A DNA stretch of 63,276 nt, filler included. It is 21 parts of 21 records of this genome, joined end to end, with 100 filler letters (N's around TTAATTAATTAA, not from the genome) between each part and the next. Parts side by side here need not be neighbours in the genome. Positions count along the whole stretch, not along the records: positions 43,104 to 47,328 come from SRR36015645_69568; positions 47,429 to 49,849 come from SRR36015645_69668; positions 49,950 to 52,092 come from SRR36015645_69740; positions 52,193 to 54,453 come from SRR36015645_69895; 17 more parts are not named here. One strand, 5' to 3'. The notes below the pieces were generated by a model. That model had not been told where the DNA came from, searched no databases, and worked only from the letters and a program-made list of their open reading frames with translations. The first letter of the stretch is position 1. Every line of letters begins with the position of its first letter. The position numbers and the translations under genes were made by a program. Positions 44,345 through 54,553 of this stretch are shown here, piece after piece.

Positions 44345-46648
44345 TTACAAAGTATGCGATATGTTAAACTTACTCTGAGTGACAAATATCTCGTTCAGAT
44401 TAAACCGCCTAGTAAGCTCAAAAAACTGAACCCTATTTTCCGCCGATTTATGCCATCTGGACAACAGGTCAGCAAGTCTATTATCCTGAGATGATACATG
44501 TTGCGCGCGAACTTCACACTCGTATAAAGCGCACAAATAATATAGCTCGCGCATCCAATCCAACAAAACCGCATTTTTAGCTTTCCCAGAATTGATTACT
44601 GTAACCACCGCCATATTATCGCATAAAATAGTGCAGCGACGGCCTTTCCAAGCGCTGGCCCATAGCTTAATGGCAATCACACACGCTATTAACTCAAGAA
44701 TCGCAATACTATAATTCATATTAAGAACACTTTCTGGAAACGTGCAATGAAAGTACTGGCCCTCACTGAACGCTCCGCACGCATCTAAACAAGCATCACT
44801 TGACATTATCTGGTCCGGCTTTGACCAATGCTCATAATTAATTATGGAAACACCATTGTAATGCTTAACATATGCAAGCCACCATACAATATCTTTTCTA
44901 AACTCAGTGTCCAAATATATCCTGTGGTGCGGTTTCTTAACGCCATTTAATTTGCATAATAATCTTGCCATAAAAAGCCTGCTTTGGCGCACACACTTAC
45001 CAACAAACATAAGTTTGCCTATCAGCACCTGAAGCTGTCGTTGCGTACACCTTTTCCTGTTAATCCAACATTCAAGAATAACACTCGCCTCTTCTATTCG
45101 CTCAGGAGTGGTGCTAGCAATCATTTGCTCAGAATTTAGTGAAATACCTAACACGACAGCTTCATGTGCTGGTAGGACATCCTTACGCTCGTTAGCAGCG
45201 AGGCCCAATTCTAATAGCAATATTTTAAGACAAGCAAATGCCTCCTGTGCCTGCTTATAGCTACTTTCGATACCCACAATGTCATCTATGTAATTTTCAC
45301 AAGTAAAACCGCGCTGCCACATAATATAACACACCGCATCTGTGATACGTTGCAAAAACATGCAAGACGAGCGCATGCCCATGGGTAGCACAACATCGAA
45401 AAATAGGTCACTACGCCAACGATAACCCAAAAGATGCACGTCTCTGGGATCTACCGGTATTTGCCTGAAACTTCGAGATAAATCAATTTTCCAAATATAG
45501 CACCCTGTACCCTTAATCACTACTATATCCACAAAATCTTGGAAAGTAGGCAAAGTTAGTTTATACCGTTGGCCCAGATAGATGTCCTTTGGAATACCGT
45601 TATTTACAGAGCGATTTGCACCGGCTGCACTCAAATCTAAAATAACGCGGCGTTTATTATCACTTTTTGGTACTGTATTTAGCGGCGAAATTACGGAATT
45701 AATAATAAACGGGTTGCTAGAAAAGGGGCCGATTACCGCGCCCTCTGTTAATTCATCTGCTATATAAGTATCCACTTCTAATGAGAAGTCGCTAGCACCC
45801 TTATAATTAGCATGACTGCTGTTTTCGGGCAAAAATTGGTAGCTGAAGCCTACCGGACAACCGAATTCCAGAAATTCGCAAATTTCATTGTCATAATATG
45901 AATACTGGTGCAATAAGGCGCGCCACCTACGTGGGTGCAATTTTGTCTGCAGAGTCTGCCGCATGCATAGATAATTAGGCTTGCCAGACCGCAAAACTGC
46001 ATTAGCTATCTCCACATAAGATTCAGGAGCTGGACTACCTAAAACTGGCAGGAATAAACCATTAGCATAAAATTCCTTGTAATTAGGGTCTTGCATAGTC
46101 TCTAGAATTTCAAAGCTAGCTCGTTTTTTTGACACAGCGGGACCGGGCCGAGGTGCATATTCCTGGCTGAAAATTACATCTGGATCATAACACTTTGTAC
46201 CACTCGTGTCACCAGGACTCACAAAATTATCACTATACAATGGTAGAACAGCACAATTAAGACTGGACTGCTTTGCAAAGTGGCAACCGCTGCTAGCAGT
46301 GAACCTGCAATCATTGATCACAAAATTATTTTCACTGCTCTTTAAATTGTAAACAAGTAATGAATTACCCATTAAAAATAATACAAACATTAAAGCATTA
46401 ATTAGAACATACAGCTTTATACAAGTAACCGCCTTATTGACCTTATTATCCATATCACAGATATTGGGCTCAGCCGTAACAGGATTAATTTGTGCACGAC
46501 TATCCGAGCTACATGTATCGGGGGCTGCGGCAACATTTTCAGAACTAGAAATTTCTATCGGCCTACAGCAACTCTTAGAGTTGCTGGGAAAACACTTTTC
46601 ATCAGTGACTTTTCTAGCATTTTGGTCTATTTTAACATCTAGGCCTAG
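44345..46648 (-). CDS. pol: YR-retrotransposon pol (RT + RNase H, no methyltransferase), in frame with gag; first ATG 46453
   Basis: FLEFGCPVGF, RVILDLS, DLSRSFRQ, LPMG, YIDD, SDAC, ELIA, CDN, NRLADLLSR; 65 open codons between the gag TGA and ATG 46453. Confidence 0.9.
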   Translation of the reverse strand, partial: LGLDVKIDQNARKVTDEKCFPSNSKSCCRPIEISSSENVAAAPDTCSSDSRAQINPVTAEPNICDMDNKVNKAVTCIKLYVLINALMFVLFLMGNSLLVYNLKSSENNFVINDCRFTASSGCHFAKQSSLNCAVLPLYSDNFVSPGDTSGTKCYDPDVIFSQEYAPRPGPAVSKKRASFEILETMQDPNYKEFYANGLFLPVLGSPAPESYVEIANAVLRSGKPNYLCMRQTLQTKLHPRRWRALLHQYSYYDNEICEFLEFGCPVGFSYQFLPENSSHANYKGASDFSLEVDTYIADELTEGAVIGPFSSNPFIINSVISPLNTVPKSDNKRRVILDLSAAGANRSVNNGIPKDIYLGQRYKLTLPTFQDFVDIVVIKGTGCYIWKIDLSRSFRQIPVDPRDVHLLGYRWRSDLFFDVVLPMGMRSSCMFLQRITDAVCYIMWQRGFTCENYIDDIVGIESSYKQAQEAFACLKILLLELGLAANERKDVLPAHEAVVLGISLNSEQMIASTTPERIEEASVILECWINRKRCTQRQLQVLIGKLMFVGKCVRQSRLFMARLLCKLNGVKKPHHRIYLDTEFRKDIVWWLAYVKHYNGVSIINYEHWSKPDQIMSSDACLDACGAFSEGQYFHCTFPESVLNMNYSIAILELIACVIAIKLWASAWKGRRCTILCDNMAVVTVINSGKAKNAVLLDWMRELYYLCALYECEVRAQHVSSQDNRLADLLSRWHKSAENRVQFFELTRRFNLNEIFVTQSKFNISHTL

Positions 46649-47326
46649 TCAACTACTGGCCTCCTTAGATAGCTTGAATGGACATAAATCAGAGGTTTCA
46701 TTATGCCAGGCCTTTTCGTGTGTATTACGGAAACACAGGCGACATATGTGCAAAACCTGACGTGAAACACCACCTATCAGCTGAGCATGACTTTTAGAAT
46801 TAACTACACACTGATTTTTTTGAAAGTTGCTGCACCAGAATACCCTTTCTTCATCATACCTTTTAAAACTTGGTTGCCTAGGCTGACTTTCCATCCGCTG
46901 TTTACCAATCGAGCCCAGCAGAATCGCATTCTCAATGTCAAGGAAATCCTCAGACCAAGTTTTTCTGCCTGTCTCAACTGCGTAAACAACGGATTTATGC
47001 AAGTCTAGCACAACCTTCCATGAATGTGTCTGTGCATAATGCATTAGCTTACCAAGATGACTAATACGAGCTTCTCTCTCAACACTAGGAATGTCAGACT
47101 GCAAAATATTCATATAACCGGACACAAATTGTGCCATGCTGAGATCAAAGTATGACACATTTTTATCTTGTAAATGTAGAAACTGGTGCGGATAATACTG
47201 TTGACATTTCACAATATCGAAACTTTTAAGAGATATACCAGATCTGAGTCTAGAAGAATTTGCATCAGGTAAACAATCACTGTTATGTTTAGAAAAATTA
47301 TCAAATAAAGGCCTACACGTACCCGG
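46649..47326 (-). CDS. gag: Gag-like ORF1 C-terminal part of a YR retrotransposon (frame open to the fragment edge)
   Basis: Upstream extension reads RLRSGISLKSFDIVKCQQYYPH, homologous to KIKSG...WPH of the other two gags; C-terminal CSNFQ...C...HICRLC.......H......CP. Confidence 0.8.
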   Translation of the reverse strand, partial: PGTCRPLFDNFSKHNSDCLPDANSSRLRSGISLKSFDIVKCQQYYPHQFLHLQDKNVSYFDLSMAQFVSGYMNILQSDIPSVEREARISHLGKLMHYAQTHSWKVVLDLHKSVVYAVETGRKTWSEDFLDIENAILLGSIGKQRMESQPRQPSFKRYDEERVFWCSNFQKNQCVVNSKSHAQLIGGVSRQVLHICRLCFRNTHEKAWHNETSDLCPFKLSKEASS

Positions 47327-47863
47327 CTNNNNNNNNNNNNNNNNNNNNNNNNNNNNNNNNNNNNNNNNNNNNTTAATTAATTAANNNNNNNNNNNNNNNN
47401 NNNNNNNNNNNNNNNNNNNNNNNNNNNNATTTATATGGCCCGAGGCGGAAATCTTTTAGTAGCGGGAAAATGATGTACTAAACCTTGGTATTCATTATAG
47501 ACCTGGTAACGAAAGTGAGGACTTTAAATTTTTATGGCCTTGCATGAGTAGGCTGGTTTGTGCGGTCTGACTAAAACCCCAGTCCAACCTCCGCTGCATG
47601 CCTATAGCTATAGCGCGTCTGTGTGAGTCAAACACAACTGGTTTATTGCCTCTATATTTGGCCTTTTATATTTACTTAGTATCTGACCTACGAATAATCC
47701 TGTATAATAGTCACATTCTTGCATAGGGAGTCGATAGGATAGGTTGTGCTAATTGTGTGCTGCGCTGCAGAAGTATATGGAATTATGAGTGCAGTGACTG
47801 AGTTTTGACTTTTCAATAGTATTTTACATTGACTGTAGGCCTACTAAAATGGATTGAGCGAAA

Positions 47864-49849
47864 ATGCCTTTCAAATGTTGTGTTCCTGGCTGTAAAGCCA
47901 ATTATGACAGCGAAATCAAAAATCAAAATGTTCTCATAACACTTCATTCTTTTCCCGATGAAAACAAAGATCAAACGTTGTATACTAAATGGTTAAGAAA
48001 GATACCACGAGATTGTTGGAAACCAACAAAAAACCATAAAGTTTGTAGTGCGCATTTCGTTGAAGAAGACTTTGTGTTAGAATCACAGGATACGTGTAAC
48101 CGAATCAAAGACAAAAATCTTCGGCGACGTCGGCTAACACACGATGCTGTACCATCACAATTTCCAAATGTGCCTAAGTATTTGTCAGATGAAGCAAAAA
48201 CTTCGAAAAAACGCTCTGCACCTTTAGCTGCATCAAGGTTAGAAAAGCAACAAAAACTACTCGATGAAACGGAAGCGTCATATTTTGCCAGTGATTTTGT
48301 TGATAGCTTGGATATTTTGAAAAGTAGGCTAGTCTCAGTAAGATTATTTGACTTCTTCCTGTATACAATAGAAGAAGGCCGGGTTGTTTTTTACGCAATT
48401 TCAGCAGATTTCAGTGAAGTGCTGTGCAACTTAATCGTTGATAATGAGCTGAAATACACTAGCCTAGTGAAAGGCATACTTGTGACAAATGATCTGTTAG
48501 ATCTTGGACAGCCAGTTAGCTCCATTACCCAACTTGAAAACATTTTAGCTCGCTTGAAACGAATCACGGAGTCTGGCCAAACGGGCGATAGTAATTATTT
48601 GGAACACGCAATTTCTGCCTTAGACAAACTTATTAGCGACACCACTGAAGATGCTTCAGTATTCAAAAGTCTAGGTATTTTTATCATAGAGCAATTACGC
48701 CTGTCAACTGTTAACAAACATGCAAGGACCTATAGTCCCGAGTTGCTAACAACAGCCTTTATATGGCAAATGTTATCACCTAACCTGTATGGAGAGTTGT
48801 GTAATCTTTTGTTTTTGCCGTCTGTCAGGACGCTGCAAAAATATTCGTCGGTTGTTTCCGTTTCGGATGGAGTTGATAGTTCTATCATAGACTATTTGCG
48901 CAAACGTACAGTAGGATTAAATAACTACGAAAGAGTTGTGCTACTTTTATTAGATGAGATATATGTAGCTCGAAAATTGGAATATTCTGGCGGAAAGGTT
49001 TATGGAGTTGTTGGTGATAATGCAGAACCAGCAAAAACTGTACTGGCATTTTTTGTGCAGTCATTGGCAGGGACGTACAAGGACACCGTTGCTTTGTACC
49101 CAACATCAACTTTGACTAAGGACGTCTTAAAAGAACAAGTGTTTGCAGTATTGAAATTGTTATCCAGCCCTGATATTAACTTGGACGTTGTTGGCACGTG
49201 TCTAGACAATCATCCAGTAAACAGGGCCTATTACAAGGTTTTGGGTGGAGGCAGGTTAACGTGCTATGTAGACAACCCAGCTGTACCTGGCAAGAAACTG
49301 TTTTTGTTGTTTGACCCAGTGCATAATATAAAAAATATTTATAATAACTTTCAGCGGAAGCGTTTGTTCACATGCCCTGCATGGCAAGGTCCGTCGTCGT
49401 CTTCAGTATCGGACACGGATTTTTGTGCAAATTTTGGCGACATATGTTCTTTGTATGACCTTGAAAGTGATAACGATGCCAAGCTTGCGCCTAAGCTAAC
49501 TAAAAGGGCTCTAAACCCTACGAACATTGAGAGAACAAATGTCAATCTGTCCATGGCTATTTTCAACGAAAGCACTGTGAACGCCTTGCAATATTATGGT
49601 TTTAATCAATGGACAGATACTGCGAAGTTTCTCCAGATTGTGTTAAAATCCTGGAATATACTGAATGTGAAGTCACCGGATAAGGGATTTCATAAGCGCT
49701 CTGTTGACATGGACCCGGTTCGGTCTGCAGAAGATGCAAAACTAAAATGGTTGGAGACGTTCGTCACATGGCTACAATTGTGGCAAGCCAAATATCCACA
49801 TAACGGCCTATCAAATGAAACCTTTATGGCAGTCACTCAAACGTGCACA
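47864..49849 (+). CDS. THAP-domain P-element-superfamily transposase (THAP9-like), 3' truncated
   Basis: THAP CCVPGC...FP...W...VCSAHF...AVPS; LPSVRTL; LLDEIY; LDNH; FDPVHNIK. Confidence 0.9.
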
Positions 49850-49949
49850 NNNNNNNNNNNNNNNNNNNNNNNNNNNNNNNNNNNNNNNNNNNNTTAATTA
49901 ATTAANNNNNNNNNNNNNNNNNNNNNNNNNNNNNNNNNNNNNNNNNNNN

Positions 49950-52009
49950 CTTTCACGGGCAGTAGCATTCCCATACTTGGTTTTTACACCAGCTCGTGTA
50001 AGAAGGGCTCTGTATGCTGACCGAAATCCTCGGGCTGTAGGATTGTTGCTAGCACCTTGGCTCTGTCTCATGGCATTAAAGAATAGCTCAAGGTGATCCT
50101 GGCTCCATCGGTAAGTGGGCACAAATTTCATTCCCTCTGCTATCAATTCTTGAGCTAATTCGATGGTACTTTTCATAGTTACTAGCAAGCCGAGCACACA
50201 CAATTTTCGTGGTGTCTTATAGACGTATGTAGGCCTATCACGCTTCTGCCATTCTAGTTTCAGAAAGAAATCCCGTGCCCTGCCAAAAAAGTTTAAAGCG
50301 TCCTGCATGTTGTGTCCTCGAAGTGGGTGTTTGTAGCCCTTGGCCCATGTGGAACGGGAATTAAGTATGTCGAATACACCATCTACCAGCCTACAAAACT
50401 CCTCTGTTGCTTCTGAGCCATCGAAATTTTCCTCTCCAATTACCCGCATAAATTTTAATGCGTCTGCTGTTGATGTACTCAATACCTGCACGGCTAAATT
50501 CACTTTCATTTTGAATTTTTCGAATTCTACATGTTTCGGAGTGAGCTTATTTGCCGCTCGGAGTCCGACTCTAGTTTGATAATTGTGCAACGCCTCTATA
50601 TAGGAAAATTTTACAGTTGTCTGTTCAACAGCTAGAAGTTTATATGCGGCTAAACAATTTCTAAGCAATTTCACCATGTGACAAGCGTCAAACATAACGA
50701 AAATCGAATACGGCAAACCTTCAACCTGGATTTTATTAACCATGTTGTGTGGATCCATGTTCAGGCCCATATGTTGCAACGTGGACTGGTTCACAAAATG
50801 TCCATCGCAGGTTAAGCACTTAACTGTTAGTCCCATATCGTGCAATCGTTTCAAGCACTCTACTAACAATGAATGAAGTAAGTCTCTGTTTATGTTTCCC
50901 ACCAAGAAATACGCTACGGGTATTTTCCACACCGAATTTATGCCTGTTACCATAAAAACTAAGGCATCCGTTGCCTCTGGGACAGCATCCCCACCTGTTC
51001 CTCCGTCACCGATGTCGACAAAGCCAAACAGTTTCTGCTCATTAACACTGTATTCTACACATTTCTTTATCTTCATTTCGTCGAACATCAAAACGCAATT
51101 TTTGTATTTCTCTGGTTCTTCTTTGACCCGTTTTGCTAAAAGGTCAAGTGCTTCTTTTGTGAACCCAGGGCACCCGTCTATTGTAGCAAGCCAAGATTGG
51201 ACAGTTCGTTCTGAAGGCAGTGGAATTTTCATTGTATTCCGTACGTAGTTGTAGGCCTTTGAGGAGTAGAAACGTAGTGTTATGGCAAACTGGCGCATCT
51301 CTGAGCTGTATTCATGACTGGATTTCACAAATGCGTTAAGATCTAGTGAGCTATACAACGATAGGAGCTGCTTTGATTGTTCATTAATCAGTCTCTCATC
51401 GTCAAGTTTCTTTAAAAGCTCATCCATTTTCACTAGTTTTCTCTTTTCACGTTTTCTAGCTGCATCTAATCTTTTCAGCAACTTTTCCTCCCTTTCCAAG
51501 GCCTCACCCAAACGTCGTTTTAGTTTTGTTGGGGATGCTGTGTAGTTATGGTCAACTCTGCTGCTCGTTTCCTGTGTTTTTACGTGACTATCCTCACTTG
51601 CAGAATTATTGCCTTGACAGTGTGACACATGACTTGTTGAAGGTGCCGATATTTGCTCCATACATAGGCCTACTGGCTTCAACGCCTTTTTAGCAGTCGT
51701 TGTATTTCGTCTTGATGAAACTGCCCTGTGCGAAAAAACTGAAGGCACAGTACCAGGGCGAAGCAATTTCTTATTGTGCCCTGTCCAAAAATCAGTTTGT
51801 TCGAAATGCTTCGAACAAAGGTGGATGCGGTTTGCTTCACTAATGAGCAAGCTGTTATTCTCATTTTGCCGATTAACACGTTGGAACCACAATTTTCGAA
51901 GATCATTTTCTCTGTCTTTGCTTGGAAATTTGTGAAAACTTATTCCTGCTTCCCTCGATGCTTTCGTGTCTCTGGTAGAACAGTTCGCAGCCCAACAATA
52001 GTATGGCAT
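49950..52009 (-). CDS. THAP-domain P-element-superfamily transposase (THAP9-like), 3' truncated
   Basis: THAP CWAANC...FHKFP...W...LCSKHF...VPSVF; MFDEM, TCDG, FDACHMVK, KMKVNLA, SQDHLELFF, NNPT. Confidence 0.92.
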
Positions 52010-52548
52010 GTTGACTATCAAACAAAACTTTTATAGGCCTATACTGGTAAAAATAATCACAGTCACATAATTTAAGCTGTTTTTAGAATATCNNNNNNNN
52101 NNNNNNNNNNNNNNNNNNNNNNNNNNNNNNNNNNNNTTAATTAATTAANNNNNNNNNNNNNNNNNNNNNNNNNNNNNNNNNNNNNNNNNNNNCCAACATC
52201 CTGTCAGCCTACCAGAATCTACAATCCACTGGATGACTTTTACCGACAACCCTACCTAACCAACATCTACCTTCTCCATGTTTTGTCGCTGATAATTCTG
52301 CAAAATCCTGACTACGGACATGATAGGACATTAATGGCTCTTCAGCACGACAAGTTTCTAATGTTGTATAAAAGCCAAGCATAAGTTAAAAAAAAAGCTG
52401 TTAGCAAGTATCTTTCATTTTTTTTTGGAACTTATATTTGGCTAATTTACACTGGAGAAACTTGTCGTGCTAAAGTGCTTTGTGTTATTCCAATAGGTGT
52501 GACAAGATAATAATTAATGAACAAGACTAATTATTATATACTGTAAGA

Positions 52549-54453
52549 ATGCCTGGTGGAAAATGTGTATTCAGCAAACGATGGCTCGATGTGCCAGGAT
52601 ATAAGGACTGGCTGAAACCTGACATAAATAACGTGCACAAAGTTATTTGTGAAACATGCGTAAAGTCTGTAGACATTTCCGTTATGGGGGAATCTGCTCT
52701 GAAGAGCCACATGGCAGGTGTAAAACACATTAAGCTGAGCACTGCGATTAAAAAACAGGGTACGGGCATAAAAACATTTTTCGGCTCAAAGAGTACATCA
52801 GTACATGCCGCAGCGAGTATACCTTCAGCAGATGCAACGAGTTCAAAAGAACTCGGCGCCAGCAGCTCGACAGTTCCCTCTACAAGCAGTAAGCAAATGT
52901 TGGTTGTAAACCTACTGGACACGAGAAAAGCAGAAGCGTTGTGGGCTTTAAAAGTGATGAAAAGTCACTACAGTTACTCTTCTTGCAATGACATTGGTGA
53001 CATTTTCAAAACAATGTTTAGTGACAGTCAAATAGCGAAATCCTTTACCTGCGGTTACACAAAGTGTGCCTACATTTGCTGCTTTGGCTTGGCGCCACAC
53101 TTTACATCTGTGTTGTTGGATCACATAAAAACCCTGATTGATTTTGTCCTGCTCTTTGATGAGAGTCTGAACTCAAAGTCACAGCAGAAACAGATGGATG
53201 TACATATTCGCATATGGCAGGGTGGACAGGTGTGCACCCGATATTATGGCTCAGAGTTCATCGGGCATGCCACTGCTGTTGATATGATGGAGCATTTCCA
53301 CAATGCAGTTTCCAACCTCAACCTACGGTACTTGTTGCAAATTGGCATGGATGGGCCCAGTGTAAATTGGAAGTTCTATGATCTAATGACAGAGGAAATG
53401 AAAACTAATTATGACAAATCGGTACTCAACATAGGAAGTTGTGGACTGCATGTCATTCATGGAGCATTCAGAGATGGAGCAAAAGCATCCACTTGGAGAC
53501 TTGATGATTTGTTTTTGTCTCTCTATAGGCTTTTCAAGAACACACCAGCACGCAGGGAAGATTTCACAAAGGTTACTGAGAGCACCGAATTTCCCATCAA
53601 ATTCTGCAGTCACCGCTGGGTTGAGAATATTCAGGTTGCCGAAAAGGTGCTTTGTGTATGGGCCAGCATTAAGATGTACTTGAAAAGTGTAGCAGAAAAG
53701 AAAGTGCCAAATCCTGGAACCCTTTCTTTTGACACAGTGAAGCAGGCCGCAGGTGACCCTCTGATAATTGCTAAGATACTGTTCTTCCTTTCTGTGGCGA
53801 GACAAGTTCAGCCATTTCTGAAGCAGTATCAGTGTGATAAACCGATGGTGCCATTTTTGACCACGGACGTGGAACGCCTCATCAGGGGCCTGCTCAAACG
53901 CTTTCTTAAACCAGACACTGTGAACACTGCCTCAGCTTATGCGCTAGGAAAAATTGAGCTTGGCACCGCCGACAAATCCCATTATCTGTCTCACCATAAA
54001 ATAGACATTGGAATTGCAGCAGAGGAAGAGCTTAGGAAGAAGCCAAAAACCGTCTCAGAATTGAAGGTCATGGATTTCCGCATGAATTGCCGAGCCTTCT
54101 TGGAACGCACAGTCGCAAAAATCTTGGAAAAGTCGCCAATAAAGTTCAGCTTGGCCAGAAACCTCGCTTGCCTCGATCCACGCCTTATGGCCAAGGAGCC
54201 AGAAACAGCTACTGCTTGTATGAAGAAGGTCCTGAAGCACATGGCCGAAGCTCGTATTATTTCAATCGCTATGTGCGATATGTTGCTGAGGGAATTCTCT
54301 GAGTTTGTTGAGACGGTCGTTCCAGCTAATAAAACCTGCTTTACTAGCTTTGATCCACACAGTGACCTAGAAAGTCGTGTTGATGTTCTTCTTTTGCAGC
54401 ATATGGGAAAGGAGCCACAGTACAGCAACTTATGGAAACATGTTGTTAGCAAG
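52549..54453 (+). CDS. hAT-like DDE transposase with N-terminal BED-like zinc finger, 3' truncated
   Basis: W...WL...CETC...MGESALKSH....KH; FDES; MDGPSVN; CGLH (CxxH); HRW. Confidence 0.75.
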
Positions 54454-54553
54454 NNNNNNNNNNNNNNNNNNNNNNNNNNNNNNNNNNNNNNNNNNNNTTA
54501 ATTAATTAANNNNNNNNNNNNNNNNNNNNNNNNNNNNNNNNNNNNNNNNNNNN

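Larger units (their letters stand above)
43104..47328 (-). mobile_element. Ngaro-like tyrosine-recombinase retrotransposon (gag-RT/RH-YR), 5' truncated
   Basis: Gene order gag, RT-RH, YR on one strand. No methyltransferase domain after RNase H, which favours Ngaro over DIRS1 sensu stricto. Confidence 0.78.

Noticed and set aside
41036-46453. RT plus recombinase read as a bacterial retron, DGR or phage integrase system
   Set aside because: RT-RNase H fusion, zinc-finger gag and gene order fit eukaryotic DIRS/Ngaro retrotransposons; no bacterial features are present.
39727-47328. Two convergent YR elements as one inverted or composite element
   Set aside because: They are separate contigs split by a spacer at 43004-43103, and their RT and gag sequences are clearly different families.
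47429-52092. Tail-to-tail THAP transposase pair as a two-gene system
   Set aside because: Separated by an artificial spacer; adjacency is arbitrary.
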